A stretch of 64,000 nt of DNA from Myxococcota bacterium (GTDB taxonomy: Bacteria > Myxococcota_A > UBA9160 > UBA6930), in contig OZ245015.1 of the NCBI GenBank assembly GCA_965223705.1, forward strand, positions 1,376,001-1,440,000, written 5' to 3'. The notes under the pieces are model-generated. The model was not told the origin of the DNA and did no database searches. It saw only the letters and a list, made by a program, of their open reading frames with translations. Shown piece by piece: positions 51,960-61,530 of this stretch. A program made the translations under genes and the position numbers. The stretch's first letter is position 1. The number at the start of each line of letters is the position of its first letter.

Positions 51960-52855
51960 GGCGACAGGACGATGTTGTCGAAACACACGATGGTTGGGCT
52001 CGGGGGGCGCGGTACGAACAAGATCAACTCGTGGACGCGGTCGAGCGCGAGTTCGCGCTCTCGGGGGCCGGTCCGAATCGCGTCCATCGGAATCGACACG
52101 CGCGCGGGGCCCGCGTCGAGCTTCAGCGTGCGGTTGAAACGGTCGGCGTGTCGGCCGTCGTGATCGAGGTCGTGGATGCGGATGACGACCTCGGTGGGAG
52201 TCGACGCCACGAGATCGAGGTCGAGTCGCGCGTAGCCCCGCCAGTCTGAGGGAACCCTTCGCGCGACACCGGGATAGTTTCCGCGTGAGAACTCGCCGCA
52301 GAGCTCGGTGCCGTCGGCGCCCGGCTGAAAATCGAAGTCGGCGCCGGTGCTGCGCCACAGCGGGCGTTGCAAGCGATTCTCGAACGAATCGAGGACGGGG
52401 AAATGCTCGTCGGCGCTCCACCAAGCGAGGGATTCGGTGATCGAGGGGAGGCACCCCCCGACCAACAGCCCAGCCGCGACACCCGTGAGCAGCAGCCGAT
52501 CGCGATGGCTGGCCACGGCGAGTACCGCCGCAACGGCTATGCCGGCACCGGTACCGACCAGGTCTCGCCCGATGTCGCCCCAGTCGGCGTCGCGAGACGT
52601 CGCGATCTGCGCCGCCTCTCCCAGGAGTCCCAGACCCAGGCTGATGGCGAGTGTCAGCAGAGCGGCGGGCCACCACCCGAGGCCGCGGCGCGCCCGCAAA
52701 CTACGGACGACGAAAAAGCCGATCAGCGCGAAAGCGAACACGTGAAATACGTCGGTGCCGAGACGCGGGCGCGTCCAACCCGACACATCGATGACGTGAG
52801 CGAGAATCACCGCGATGACGCACAGGATGACGAGCCGTAGCTCACGCCCCGTCAC
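51956..52855 (-). CDS. VanZ-like membrane domain fused to a beta-sandwich domain
   Basis: H...F, EAAQ....R.A...D...D..G VanZ-like pattern; C-terminal DW.GY..L...FDNI.L. Confidence 0.65.
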   Translation of the reverse strand: MTGRELRLVILCVIAVILAHVIDVSGWTRPRLGTDVFHVFAFALIGFFVVRSLRARRGLGWWPAALLTLAISLGLGLLGEAAQIATSRDADWGDIGRDLVGTGAGIAVAAVLAVASHRDRLLLTGVAAGLLVGGCLPSITESLAWWSADEHFPVLDSFENRLQRPLWRSTGADFDFQPGADGTELCGEFSRGNYPGVARRVPSDWRGYARLDLDLVASTPTEVVIRIHDLDHDGRHADRFNRTLKLDAGPARVSIPMDAIRTGPRERELALDRVHELILFVPRPPSPTIVCFDNIVLSP

Positions 52856-54192
52856 GAAGGACTCTTCGTCTCTTGGAAGCGCACCGCTCGTCCGCTCGGC
52901 TTCCCCACCAGCTCTCCGTCCCGCATGACGAACCGACCGCGCACGATGGTTGCGGTCGGCCGCCCGACGAACCAGCGCCCGTGGAAGGGCGACCAACGAC
53001 AATGGCTCGCGATCAGTTCGTCCCGCACTTGGTGGCGCGCACCGAGGTCGACGACCGCGAGATCCGCGTCGAACCCGGGCGCGAGTTCGCCTTTGCCGAT
53101 GGTGCCGTAGACGCGCGCCGGGCCGCGCGCCAGAAGCTCGACAACGCGCGGAAGCGAGAGCTCGCCGCGGTTCACGTGGTCGAGCATCACCGGAAGCATG
53201 GTCTGGACGCCCGGCATTCCGGATGGACTCTCGGGGTAACGCAGCGACTTCTCCGCCAGGGTGTGGGGAGCATGATCGGATCCCAGCGCATCGAGATGTC
53301 CGCGATGGAGCGCCCGCCAAAGCGCCGTTCGATGCCTCGCGGATCGTATCGGCGGATTCATTTGAGCGCGCGTTCCCAGTTCGCTGTAGCAGCGCGGCGC
53401 AGCGAGCGTCAGGTGCTGCGGAGTGCATTCGAAAGTGGCGATATCGCGGTTTTTCGAGAGGAGTTCGGTTTCTTCTTCAGTCGTTACGTGAAGGACATGC
53501 ACCCGACGGCCAGCCTTCCGCGCCAATGCCAGCAGGCGTTCCGTCGCGAGTCGTGCGGTCTCTGCGTCCCGCCATGTGGCATGCGTCGCGACGTCTCCCG
53601 CGCGAATCCTGTCCGCTCGACTCGCGAGGCGATCCTCGTCCTCAGCGTGCACCGCGACCCGTCGTGTCCCGCTCCGCAGGACCCGTGCCAGGTCTTCGTC
53701 GCGGTGGACGAGGAGATTCCCCGTGCTCTTGCCCATGAAGATCTTGACGCCCGCGCAGCCGGGACGCGCCTCCAAGTGGCCGAGCTCGTCCGCGTTCTCC
53801 GGGGTCGCGCCGACGAAGAAGGCCACGTCGCACCAGACGCGATCCTTGGTGCGCCGCCACTTATCTTGAAAGGCTTCCGCCGAAGTGGTCGGCGGAAGTG
53901 TGTTCGGCATCTCGAAGACGCTGGTCACGCCCCCCAGCACAGCGGCTCGTGTTCCGGATTCGAGGTCTTCCTTGTCCGGGAAGCCCGGCTCGCGGAAGTG
54001 GACTTGCGGGTCGATCGCGCCGGGGAGGATGTAGAGACCGCGCGCATCGACGGAATGTTCGGCCTCGTGAGCGCGCAGGTCGCCGAGCGCGGCGATGCGC
54101 TCCCCGACGATCCCCACGTCGGCGTCCACGACCCCTTCCGGAGTCACGCAGCGCCCGCCGCGAAGGGCGAGGCTGAAACGGTCTGCGGCCAT
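52852..54192 (-). CDS. pyrC: Dihydroorotase-like amidohydrolase
   Basis: PG.IDPQVHFREPG, EMPNT, K.FMG, HAED, QMNPP.R, SDHAPH. Confidence 0.85.
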   Translation of the reverse strand: MAADRFSLALRGGRCVTPEGVVDADVGIVGERIAALGDLRAHEAEHSVDARGLYILPGAIDPQVHFREPGFPDKEDLESGTRAAVLGGVTSVFEMPNTLPPTTSAEAFQDKWRRTKDRVWCDVAFFVGATPENADELGHLEARPGCAGVKIFMGKSTGNLLVHRDEDLARVLRSGTRRVAVHAEDEDRLASRADRIRAGDVATHATWRDAETARLATERLLALARKAGRRVHVLHVTTEEETELLSKNRDIATFECTPQHLTLAAPRCYSELGTRAQMNPPIRSARHRTALWRALHRGHLDALGSDHAPHTLAEKSLRYPESPSGMPGVQTMLPVMLDHVNRGELSLPRVVELLARGPARVYGTIGKGELAPGFDADLAVVDLGARHQVRDELIASHCRWSPFHGRWFVGRPTATIVRGRFVMRDGELVGKPSGRAVRFQETKSPS

Positions 54193-54263
54193 CGGCCGAG
54201 GCTAGGCCGTAACGCGACCCTCGGCGAGAACCCCCTCGGAACCCCTCGGGACCTTTCGCTCGC

Positions 54264-54291
54264 TTGACCCGGTTCTTTCGGTGCTTACGGT
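54264..54291 (+). promoter_or_regulatory. Putative promoter of hsp20
   Basis: TTGACC-N16-TACGGT, followed by GAGGAGG SD. Confidence 0.45.
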
Positions 54292-54307
54292 TCTTTGTGA
54301 GGAGGTC

Positions 54308-54736
54308 ATGATGATGAGAACCACCATCCACCCGATGCTACGTCACCGTTCCCCGCTGTGGGCTTTCGCAGCCAACGAATTGAACGCGAACCGAGGAGAG
54401 GCACAGACCGCTCCGCGGCTTGGCGTGGACGCCTACGAAACCGACGATCGCTACGAGTTGCACATCGATGTGCCGGGCGTAGCGAAAGAGAACGTCGAAG
54501 TGGAGTACACGGACGGTTGGCTGTCGGTGAAGGGCACCCGCAGTGTCGACGTGCCCGAGGGGGCTCGCGTCTTGCGATCGGGTCGGCGATCGGGCGATTT
54601 TCACACCCGAATCTCCGTCGGCGAAGACGTCGATGTCCCCGGCATCACGGCGGAAGTTCGGGAAGGTGTCCTGTACGTCACAGTCCCGAAGAGCGACCGC
54701 GTGAAGCCGCGGCAGATTCCGATCACGGTCAACTAG
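54308..54736 (+). CDS. Hsp20/alpha-crystallin family protein
   Basis: DVPGV, L.VKG, A....GVL.VTVPK, PRQI.I; strong SD (start is one of three tandem ATGs). Confidence 0.92.
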   Translation: MMMRTTIHPMLRHRSPLWAFAANELNANRGEAQTAPRLGVDAYETDDRYELHIDVPGVAKENVEVEYTDGWLSVKGTRSVDVPEGARVLRSGRRSGDFHTRISVGEDVDVPGITAEVREGVLYVTVPKSDRVKPRQIPITVN

Positions 54737-54775
54737 CCGAGTGGAACAGCTATCCTGGGCCGTCGGTTACCGACG

Positions 54776-54857
54776 GCCCGGGTGGCGAAACTGGTAAACG
54801 CGGGCGACTTAAAATCGCCTGGCTTCGGCCGTGCGGGTTCGAATCCCGCCCCGGGCA
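54776..54857 (+). tRNA. tRNA-Leu (TAA); CCA not fully encoded (CCG follows)
   Basis: GCCCGGG/CCCGGGC acceptor, CTTAAAA anticodon loop, variable arm GGC-TTCG-GCC, GGTTCGAATCC. Confidence 0.95.
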
Positions 54858-54865
54858 CCGCCCCC

Positions 54866-55183
54866 TCAGCTGAGGTGCGATGATCCCGAAAAGCGCGCCC
54901 GCACGTCGTCGTAGGCGAGTAGCTCTTCCAAAATGTCGCGTTCGAGCAGCGTGACGCGCTGATAGCCGAGTTCGGGAAGTTCGATTTCGACGCGGTAGAC
55001 CTCGCGCGGTTCGGAGAGAATCTTGCGGACACGAAGCGTGTCGGGGCCGTCGCCTTGCAGGATTTGGTCTCGGAGCGATTCGATGATCCGCTGCACCCGT
55101 CGCTCGCTCCGCATGTGGGGCTGAACGTACGGCTCGAGAGAGCGGGAGCGGTTCGCGATCTTGTACGTGCCGTGTCGCTTCAT
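54866..55183 (-). CDS. Hypothetical protein
   Basis: 105-aa ORF with protein-like composition; TATCAT 7 nt before ATG 55183. Confidence 0.65.
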   Translation of the reverse strand: MKRHGTYKIANRSRSLEPYVQPHMRSERRVQRIIESLRDQILQGDGPDTLRVRKILSEPREVYRVEIELPELGYQRVTLLERDILEELLAYDDVRARFSGSSHLS

Positions 55184-55356
55184 CAACCCGATGATAGTTG
55201 CGTGTTGCTCCGAGCGGCAACTTGCCCCTGCTTCACTCACGCGTTTTTCGTCCTCCACACCCCCATCGATCGGCCACCAAGAGGGCCAATCTTGAGGCCT
55301 GCATCGCGCTCAAGGCGACGCGCTGAGACGTCGAAGTACGCTTCGCGAGGGGGGCC

Positions 55357-56517
55357 ATGTCCGACGAGCACGACGCGAAATCCCAGGGCTTTTCCGCCGA
55401 CGGTGCGACGGGAGCTCCTCACCTCTCCGTCGATCTCGCGGCCTTCGGTCTGACCGAGACGTTCGAATGGCTTCAAAGACGAAAGAAATCCGGCCGCGTC
55501 GAGTTTCTGTGCGAAAACTCGGAGAAGCAGGCTTACTTGCACGACGGCGAAATCGTCTTCGCCGCCTCGAACCAATCGATCGACCGTCTGGGTGAATGCT
55601 TGTTGCGCGCGGGCGTGATCGGGCTCGAGCAATTGCGCGAGGCCGAGCGCTGCTACCGACCGCCGGCGCGTTTCGGACGGGTTCTCGTGGAGCGGGGGTT
55701 CCTGACCCCACGCGAGTTGTGGAACGGCGTGAAGTACCAGGTCGAGGAAATCGTCCGCTCCCTGTTTACCTACGACGCTGGCCGAGTCGATTTTTTCGAG
55801 GGGGCCGCACAGCCCGACAACGTCGTCCGACTGGCTCTCAGTGCGTCGCGACTGGCCCAAGAGGGCACGATGCGCCGGGAGGAGATTTCGAAGTTTCGCG
55901 AGTTGCTCGCACGAGAGGAAGTCTCCCTTTCCCCCGACACCGCCGTTCGCTCGCGACTTTCGCCAGCGGAAAAAGAGATCACCGACCGAATCGGAGACGG
56001 TGTTCGGCTCGCTGAGCTGGTCGCCGAGTTGCCCTTCGCAGAGAACGAGCTGCTCCGTCAACTGCAGCTTCTGCGACTCGTAGGCGCCATCGACGTGACG
56101 CGCACCGAGACCGCCAGCCAGGTCGTGGGCGTCGCCGACATCGAGGCGTTCGAACGGGACGAACTCGAGCGCACGGCGGCGAGCGGCGGCAAGCTGATCG
56201 CCGCGTTGGCGAGCGAGATCGCGGAAGTCGAGGGAGAAGACGCGGTTCGCGAACGCCTCGAGCGCACGCTGGAGGACGCGGCAGCGCAGTGCCCCGAAAT
56301 TCTTGGAGGCCTCGCGTTGACGGCCGAATTGTCCGTCGACGCCGGGGAACTGGTGTCGCGCGCGCTGCGCGGTGCCGCCGATCCCGAGGAGCAGCTCCGC
56401 GCCGCACTCGGCGAAGTCATCGCGTACCTCGAGTTCGAGCTCAAAAACCATCCCGGGATCGACGACCCGGATCAGGTCCTTTCGAGGGCACGCTCGAGCT
56501 GTCCCTGGGAAGCGTGA
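55357..56517 (+). CDS. DUF4388-like domain protein
   Basis: DL....L...F.WL...KSG...G.I.FA.S....RLG..L pattern. Confidence 0.75.
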   Translation: MSDEHDAKSQGFSADGATGAPHLSVDLAAFGLTETFEWLQRRKKSGRVEFLCENSEKQAYLHDGEIVFAASNQSIDRLGECLLRAGVIGLEQLREAERCYRPPARFGRVLVERGFLTPRELWNGVKYQVEEIVRSLFTYDAGRVDFFEGAAQPDNVVRLALSASRLAQEGTMRREEISKFRELLAREEVSLSPDTAVRSRLSPAEKEITDRIGDGVRLAELVAELPFAENELLRQLQLLRLVGAIDVTRTETASQVVGVADIEAFERDELERTAASGGKLIAALASEIAEVEGEDAVRERLERTLEDAAAQCPEILGGLALTAELSVDAGELVSRALRGAADPEEQLRAALGEVIAYLEFELKNHPGIDDPDQVLSRARSSCPWEA

Positions 56518-56568
56518 CGCCAGGGCTCCACAACCGAAGCGTTGCCCGTCCGGGCTACGCTGCACAGG

Positions 56569-57303
56569 ATGTCCCGAGAATATTTGGCCGGCTCCCATGC
56601 GGTGCGCGAGGCCCTTCGGGCGGGTCGCCGCGAACACGTCGCGCTCCTGCTGGCCGAGCGTTCCGGCGGACAGGCCGAGATCGAAACCCTGGCCCGCGAG
56701 GCTCGGATCCCCGTGCGCCACGTCGCGGCGGAGGAATTGAACCGCCGCCTTCCCGGAGTCCGGCATCAGGGCGCGATTCTCGAAACCGGCCCGCTTCCGA
56801 TCGCCTCGCTCGATTCACTCCTCGCCGCGGAGGCGCCCAATCTGCTCGTCGCGCTGGACGGGATCGAGGATCCGCAGAATTTGGGGGCCTTGCTCCGGGT
56901 CGCCGATGGAGCAGGTGTCAATGGGGTGATCTTGCCCCAGCGACGCTCGGCTCCTCTCGGGGTGGGTGTCGCCAGGGCCAGTGCGGGGGCCCTTGAGCAT
57001 GTTCCTCTGGCCCGGCCGACCAACCTCGCGAGGGCGCTCCAAGAAGCGCGGCGGGAGGGGTGCTGGCTGGTCGGAGCCGATGCGGGTGCCGAGATGGGCG
57101 TCTACGACGCGGCCGCGACCCGGATCTTCCGCGAGTCGATGGTTCTCGTGCTCGGCAGCGAAGAGAGGGGAATTCGACCCGGGGTCCGGAAGCATCTCGA
57201 CACCACGGTTGCCTTGCCCGGCCGCGGGCGGGTGGCGTCGCTCAATGTCGCGGCGGCTGGGGCGGCCATCCTGTACGAGGTGCTGCGAGTTCGGATGAGT
57301 TGA
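56569..57303 (+). CDS. rlmB: 23S rRNA 2'-O-methyltransferase RlmB (SpoU/TrmH family)
   Basis: G.HAV.E, HQG, DG.EDPQNLGA..R, ASAGA, LGSE..G, SLNV. Confidence 0.9.
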   Translation: MSREYLAGSHAVREALRAGRREHVALLLAERSGGQAEIETLAREARIPVRHVAAEELNRRLPGVRHQGAILETGPLPIASLDSLLAAEAPNLLVALDGIEDPQNLGALLRVADGAGVNGVILPQRRSAPLGVGVARASAGALEHVPLARPTNLARALQEARREGCWLVGADAGAEMGVYDAAATRIFRESMVLVLGSEERGIRPGVRKHLDTTVALPGRGRVASLNVAAAGAAILYEVLRVRMS

Positions 57304-57365
57304 TTATCACCCATTTCGCGACCTTGCCCTGGCTTCGGCTCTGTGGGTATCGTCCCCGGCCAGGT

Positions 57366-57441
57366 GCTGGCGTAGCTCAATTGGTAGAGCAGCGGTTTTG
57401 TAAACCGCAGGTTGCGGGTTCGAGTCCCATCGCCAGCTCCA
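57366..57441 (+). tRNA. tRNA-Thr (TGT)
   Basis: GCTGGCG/CGCCAGC acceptor, TTTGTAA anticodon loop, CCA end. Confidence 0.95.
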
Positions 57442-57775
57442 GCGACCCGCACAAACCCTAGTATTTTCGGGCAGATTCGGTAATCTCCCGCGCCTGAGTC
57501 AAGAGCTTGATCGGTTGGCGTGACGGAGCAGTTTTGCTGCGTATAGCGAGTCACCCGAAGGCACGTCGAAAGCGTTGTCCGACAATTTCGATGCCCCGGG
57601 GAAGGCCCGCCGTGCGCTCGTGTTTAGTTTCAGGTGGAGCTTTTCAATCGACGCGACGCTCATCGGTGTCGGTTGCAGGTCGTAACACAGTCTGGTGTCC
57701 AGTCGAGCATCGGGCAGGAGGACATGATGAGTGCGACGAACCGTTCGCGGTTCGAGCGCATTCGGTGAATCGAGC

Positions 57776-57861
57776 GGAGAGGTACCGAAGCGGCCAAACG
57801 GGGCAGACTGTAAATCTGCTGGAGTATTCCTTCGGAGGTTCGAATCCTCCCCTCTCCACCA
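57776..57861 (+). tRNA. tRNA-Tyr (GTA)
   Basis: GGAGAGG/CCTCTCC acceptor, CTGTAAA loop, long variable arm, ACCA end. Confidence 0.97.
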
Positions 57862-57913
57862 CGGACGCGAAGAAAGCGTGCCGTGAATTCGCGTATAGAG
57901 CGCTCACGGTCGA

Positions 57914-57990
57914 GCGGGAGTAGCTCAGTTGGCTAGAGCACGAGCCTTCCAAGCTCGGGGTCGCGGGTTCGAATCCCGTCTCCCGCTCCA
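57914..57990 (+). tRNA. tRNA-Gly (TCC)
   Basis: GCGGGAG/CTCCCGC acceptor, CTTCCAA loop, TCCA end. Confidence 0.97.
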
Positions 57991-58042
57991 CGTTCGCGAG
58001 TTCGGCGCGCTGCGCGCAAGAGCAGAAGGACAGAAGCGTTAG

Positions 58043-58118
58043 GCCCACGTAGCTCAGTTGGTAGAGCACGTCCTTGGTAAGGACGAGGTCAGCGGTTCAA
58101 TCCCGCTCGTGGGCTCCA
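58043..58118 (+). tRNA. tRNA-Thr (GGT)
   Basis: GCCCACG/CGTGGGC acceptor, TTGGTAA loop, TCCA end. Confidence 0.97.
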
Positions 58119-58186
58119 GATCGAGAAAACCGGAGTCGGCCCAGAAAGGCCGCCTCGAGTGAAAGACACGGGACAGAGAGGAAGGC

Positions 58187-59377
58187 ATGGCGAAGGAGAA
58201 GTTCGAGCGGACGAAGCCTCACGTAAACGTGGGGACGATTGGTCACGTAGACCATGGGAAGACGACGTTGACGGCGGCGATCACGTCGCGCCAGGCGCAC
58301 AAGAACCTGGCGGAGAAGGTGGACTTCGCAAACATCGACAAGGCTCCGGAGGAGCGCGAGCGCGGGATCACGATCGCGACGGCCCACGTGGAGTACCAGA
58401 CGGACAGCCGTCACTACGCGCACGTGGATTGCCCGGGCCACGCGGACTACGTGAAGAACATGATCACGGGCGCGGCTCAGATGGACGGAGCGATCCTGGT
58501 GGTGTCGGCGGCCGACGGCCCGATGCCTCAGACACGCGAGCACGTGTTGCTGGCTCGCCAGGTGAACGTTCCCCACATCGTGGTGTTCATGAACAAAGTG
58601 GACCAGGTGGATGACGAGGAGTTGCTGGAGCTTGTGGAGCTCGAGGTACGTGAGCTGTTGTCGAACTACGAGTTCCCTGGGGACGACATCCCGATCATCA
58701 AGGGGTCGGCGCTGAAGGCTGGCGAGGACCCGAGCAACGATGAGGCGAACCAGTGCATCGACGAGTTGATGGATGCGCTGGACGCGACGATCCCGGAGCC
58801 TGAGCGGGCGCTCGACAAGGACTTCCTGATGCCGATCGAGGACGTGTTCTCGATTACGGGCCGCGGGACGGTTGTGACGGGTCGCGTGGAGCAGGGGATC
58901 ATCCACACGGGCGACGAAGTGGAGATCGTTGGGATCCGAGACACGACGAAGACGGTGTGCACGGGCGTGGAGATGTTCCGCAAGATTCTCGACGAGGGTC
59001 AGGCGGGGGACAACGTGGGCTGCCTGTTGCGCGGGACGGACAAAGAGGACGTGGAGCGTGGTCAGGTGCTGGCGAAGCCGGGTTCGATTACGCCTCACAC
59101 GAAGTTCAAGGGTCAGGCGTATGTGCTGACGAAGGAAGAGGGGGGTCGTCATACGCCCTTCTTCACGGGCTATCGGCCTCAGTTCTACTTCCGGACGACG
59201 GATGTGACGGGTGTCGCGAACCTTCCGGACGGAACGGAGATGGTGATGCCCGGAGACAACATCGAGATGACGATCGAGCTGATCACGCCGATCGCGATGG
59301 ACCCGGAGCTTCGCTTCGCGATCCGCGAGGGCGGTCGCACGGTGGGTGCCGGCGTCGTCTCGGAGATTATCGAGTAG
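58187..59377 (+). CDS. tuf: Elongation factor Tu
   Basis: [43 protein letters not shown]. Confidence 0.99.
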   Translation: MAKEKFERTKPHVNVGTIGHVDHGKTTLTAAITSRQAHKNLAEKVDFANIDKAPEERERGITIATAHVEYQTDSRHYAHVDCPGHADYVKNMITGAAQMDGAILVVSAADGPMPQTREHVLLARQVNVPHIVVFMNKVDQVDDEELLELVELEVRELLSNYEFPGDDIPIIKGSALKAGEDPSNDEANQCIDELMDALDATIPEPERALDKDFLMPIEDVFSITGRGTVVTGRVEQGIIHTGDEVEIVGIRDTTKTVCTGVEMFRKILDEGQAGDNVGCLLRGTDKEDVERGQVLAKPGSITPHTKFKGQAYVLTKEEGGRHTPFFTGYRPQFYFRTTDVTGVANLPDGTEMVMPGDNIEMTIELITPIAMDPELRFAIREGGRTVGAGVVSEIIE

Positions 59378-59414
59378 CGCGCGAGCTGAGAGAGAAACGG
59401 CAACGCAAACGAGA

Positions 59415-59499
59415 GGGCGTCAGAGGTAAACCGAAGGTTTGCCGCGGAATGCTCAAAAGAAACTTAGGGGCGACAGAGGCAGACCGAAGGTCTGCCGTG
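59415..59499 (+). repeat. Two ~30-nt direct repeats, each a hairpin
   Basis: GGGCGTCAGAGGTAAACCGAAGGTTTGCCG and GGGCGACAGAGGCAGACCGAAGGTCTGCCG, 53-nt period. Confidence 0.8.
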
Positions 59500-59537
59500 C
59501 GAGCAGCCGGGCTTAGCCCGGCGATAACTCGCGATGA

Positions 59538-59614
59538 AGGCGCGTAGCACAATTGGCTAGTGCACCGGACTCCAAATCCGGAGGTTGGGGGTTCGAGTCC
59601 CTCCGCGCCTGCCA
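59538..59614 (+). tRNA. tRNA-Trp (CCA)
   Basis: AGGCGCG/CGCGCCT acceptor, CTCCAAA loop, GCCA end. Confidence 0.97.
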
Positions 59615-59635
59615 CTGCAGCAAGGTTGGAATTCA

Positions 59636-59821
59636 GTGCTTGGCAGTACACGACAGTATCTCTCGGAAGTCCGGGGCGAGTTCAACAAGATCACGTGGCC
59701 GGCGCAAAAAGAGTACGTGGGTGGAACCACGGGAGTGCTCGTCATCATCGGAATTGTCGCGGTCGTGCTCGGACTGATCGATCTGGGCCTGGCGCAAGTC
59801 ATGAAATTGATCGTTTCCTGA
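59636..59821 (+). CDS. secE: Preprotein translocase subunit SecE
   Basis: EV..E..K.TWP motif plus one TM; between tRNA-Trp and nusG. Confidence 0.9.
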   Translation: MLGSTRQYLSEVRGEFNKITWPAQKEYVGGTTGVLVIIGIVAVVLGLIDLGLAQVMKLIVS

Positions 59822-59828
59822 GAGGTGA

Positions 59829-60380
59829 ATGATGGAGGCAGCCCCCGTGTCGAAGCATCATTGGTACATCGTTCATACGTACTCGGGTCACGAGTCACGA
59901 GCGAAACAATCTCTTCTCGAACGGGCCAAGGCGTTCGGGCATCAGGACAAGTTCGAAGAAATCCTGATCCCGGAAGAACAGGTCGTCGAGATGGTGAAGG
60001 GCGAAAAGCGCACGTCGAAGCGGAAGTTCTTCCCGGGCTACATCCTGGTTCGCATGGAGTTGACCGACGAGACCTGGCACATCGTGAAAGACACGCCGAA
60101 GGTCACGGGCTTCGTCGGCGGCGGCGAACGCCCGACGCCCATCGACGACGACGAAGTCGCTCGGATGACGCAGCAGATCAAAGAGGGCGCGTCGAAGCCG
60201 AAACCGAAGATTCACTTCGAGGAAGGTGAGAGCGTGCGCGTGATCAGCGGGCCCTTCGCGAATTTCTCCGGCTTCGTTGACGAAGTGCTTCCCGACAAAG
60301 AGAAGGTCCGTGTGATGGTGCAAGTGTTCGGACGCGCCACGCCGGTGATGGTCGACTACTCGAACTTGGAAAAGGCGTAG
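59829..60380 (+). CDS. nusG: Transcription factor NusG
   Basis: WYIVHTYSG.E, FFPGY, TPKVTGFVG, KOW GPF..F.G, FGR.TP. Confidence 0.97.
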   Translation: MMEAAPVSKHHWYIVHTYSGHESRAKQSLLERAKAFGHQDKFEEILIPEEQVVEMVKGEKRTSKRKFFPGYILVRMELTDETWHIVKDTPKVTGFVGGGERPTPIDDDEVARMTQQIKEGASKPKPKIHFEEGESVRVISGPFANFSGFVDEVLPDKEKVRVMVQVFGRATPVMVDYSNLEKA

Positions 60381-60386
60381 CGGCAG

Positions 60387-60815
60387 ATGGCCAAGAAGGT
60401 AATCGCGCAAATCAAGTTGCAGTGCCCTGCAGGCCAGGCGAATCCGTCGCCGCCGGTCGGCCCCGCGCTCGGTCAGCACGGCCTCAACATCATGGAGTTC
60501 TGCAAAGCGTTCAACGCACGAACGCAGGATCAGCAGGGCTTGATCATTCCGGCCATCATCACGGTCTACGCGGATCGCACGTTTACGTTCGATCTCAAGA
60601 CACCGCCGGCGGCCGTGTTGCTGAAGCGCGCCGTGAAGATCGACAAGGGTTCGGGCGAACCGAACCGCAACAAGGTCGGGACGGTGACCTCCGCCCAGCT
60701 GCGCGAGATCGCCGAAATCAAGATGCCGGATCTAAACGCCTACGACATCGAGGCCGCGATGAAAATCGTCGCGGGGACGGCTCGGTCGATGGGTCTCGAC
60801 GTCGAGGGGAAGTGA
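60387..60815 (+). CDS. rplK: 50S ribosomal protein L11
   Basis: [27 protein letters not shown]. Confidence 0.98.
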   Translation: MAKKVIAQIKLQCPAGQANPSPPVGPALGQHGLNIMEFCKAFNARTQDQQGLIIPAIITVYADRTFTFDLKTPPAAVLLKRAVKIDKGSGEPNRNKVGTVTSAQLREIAEIKMPDLNAYDIEAAMKIVAGTARSMGLDVEGK

Positions 60816-60816
60816 C

Positions 60817-61521
60817 ATGCCGAAGCGCGGTAAACGCTACAACAGTGGTTCTGGAGCCATCGATCAGAACAAGTCCTATCCGCTCGCTGAAGCCGTGGAA
60901 CTCTTGAAGGGGCTCGACGGCGCGAAGTTCGACGAGACCGTCGACCTCGCGATGAACCTGGGAGTCGATCCTCGTCACGCAGACCAAATGGTTCGCGGTG
61001 CACTCGTTCTGCCGCACGGGTTGGGAAAGAGCGTTCGCGTCGTGGTGTTTGCCAAAGGCGACAAGGAGACCGAGGCGCGCGAGGCGGGCGCGGACTTTGT
61101 CGGCGCGGACGACCTCGCGAAAAAAATCCAGGATGAAGGTTGGCTCGAGTTTGATCAGGTCGTCGCGACGCCCGACATGATGAGCGTCGTCGGGCGCTTG
61201 GGTAAGGTGCTCGGCCCGCGCGGCCTGATGCCGAACCCGAAACTCGGGACCGTCACGATGGACGTCGGACGCGCCGTGTCCGAGAGCAAGTCGGGCAAGG
61301 TCGAATATCGCGTCGACAAAGCGGGCAACATCCACGCTTCGATCGGCAAGCGATCGTTCGAGGCTTCCCAGCTTGTCGAAAACGCCGCGGCGTTGATCGA
61401 CGCGGTCGTGAAAGCCAAGCCCGCCGCGGCGAAGGGCACGTACTTAAAGAAGCTGTCCATGTCGACGACCATGGGCCCCGGCATTCGCATCGATCCCGCT
61501 GCGACGGATCGAGCGGCTTAG
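60817..61521 (+). CDS. rplA: 50S ribosomal protein L1
   Basis: [35 protein letters not shown]. Confidence 0.98.
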   Translation: MPKRGKRYNSGSGAIDQNKSYPLAEAVELLKGLDGAKFDETVDLAMNLGVDPRHADQMVRGALVLPHGLGKSVRVVVFAKGDKETEAREAGADFVGADDLAKKIQDEGWLEFDQVVATPDMMSVVGRLGKVLGPRGLMPNPKLGTVTMDVGRAVSESKSGKVEYRVDKAGNIHASIGKRSFEASQLVENAAALIDAVVKAKPAAAKGTYLKKLSMSTTMGPGIRIDPAATDRAA

Positions 61522-61530
61522 GAGAAGAGC

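Noticed and set aside
54776..54857. bldA-like on/off developmental switch through tRNA-Leu(UAA)
   Set aside because: TTA codons occur in core genes here (rplJ codon 2, rplA, clpS, purF), so the tRNA is probably needed constitutively
57410..57432. tRNA-Thr(TGT) as a pseudogene because of a C-A mismatch in the T-stem
   Set aside because: Other stems, loops and CCA are intact and the position ahead of the Tyr-Gly-Thr-tuf cluster is typical
59415..59499. Mini CRISPR array
   Set aside because: Only two imperfect repeats, a spacer of about 22 nt, no cas genes, and it sits inside a core operon
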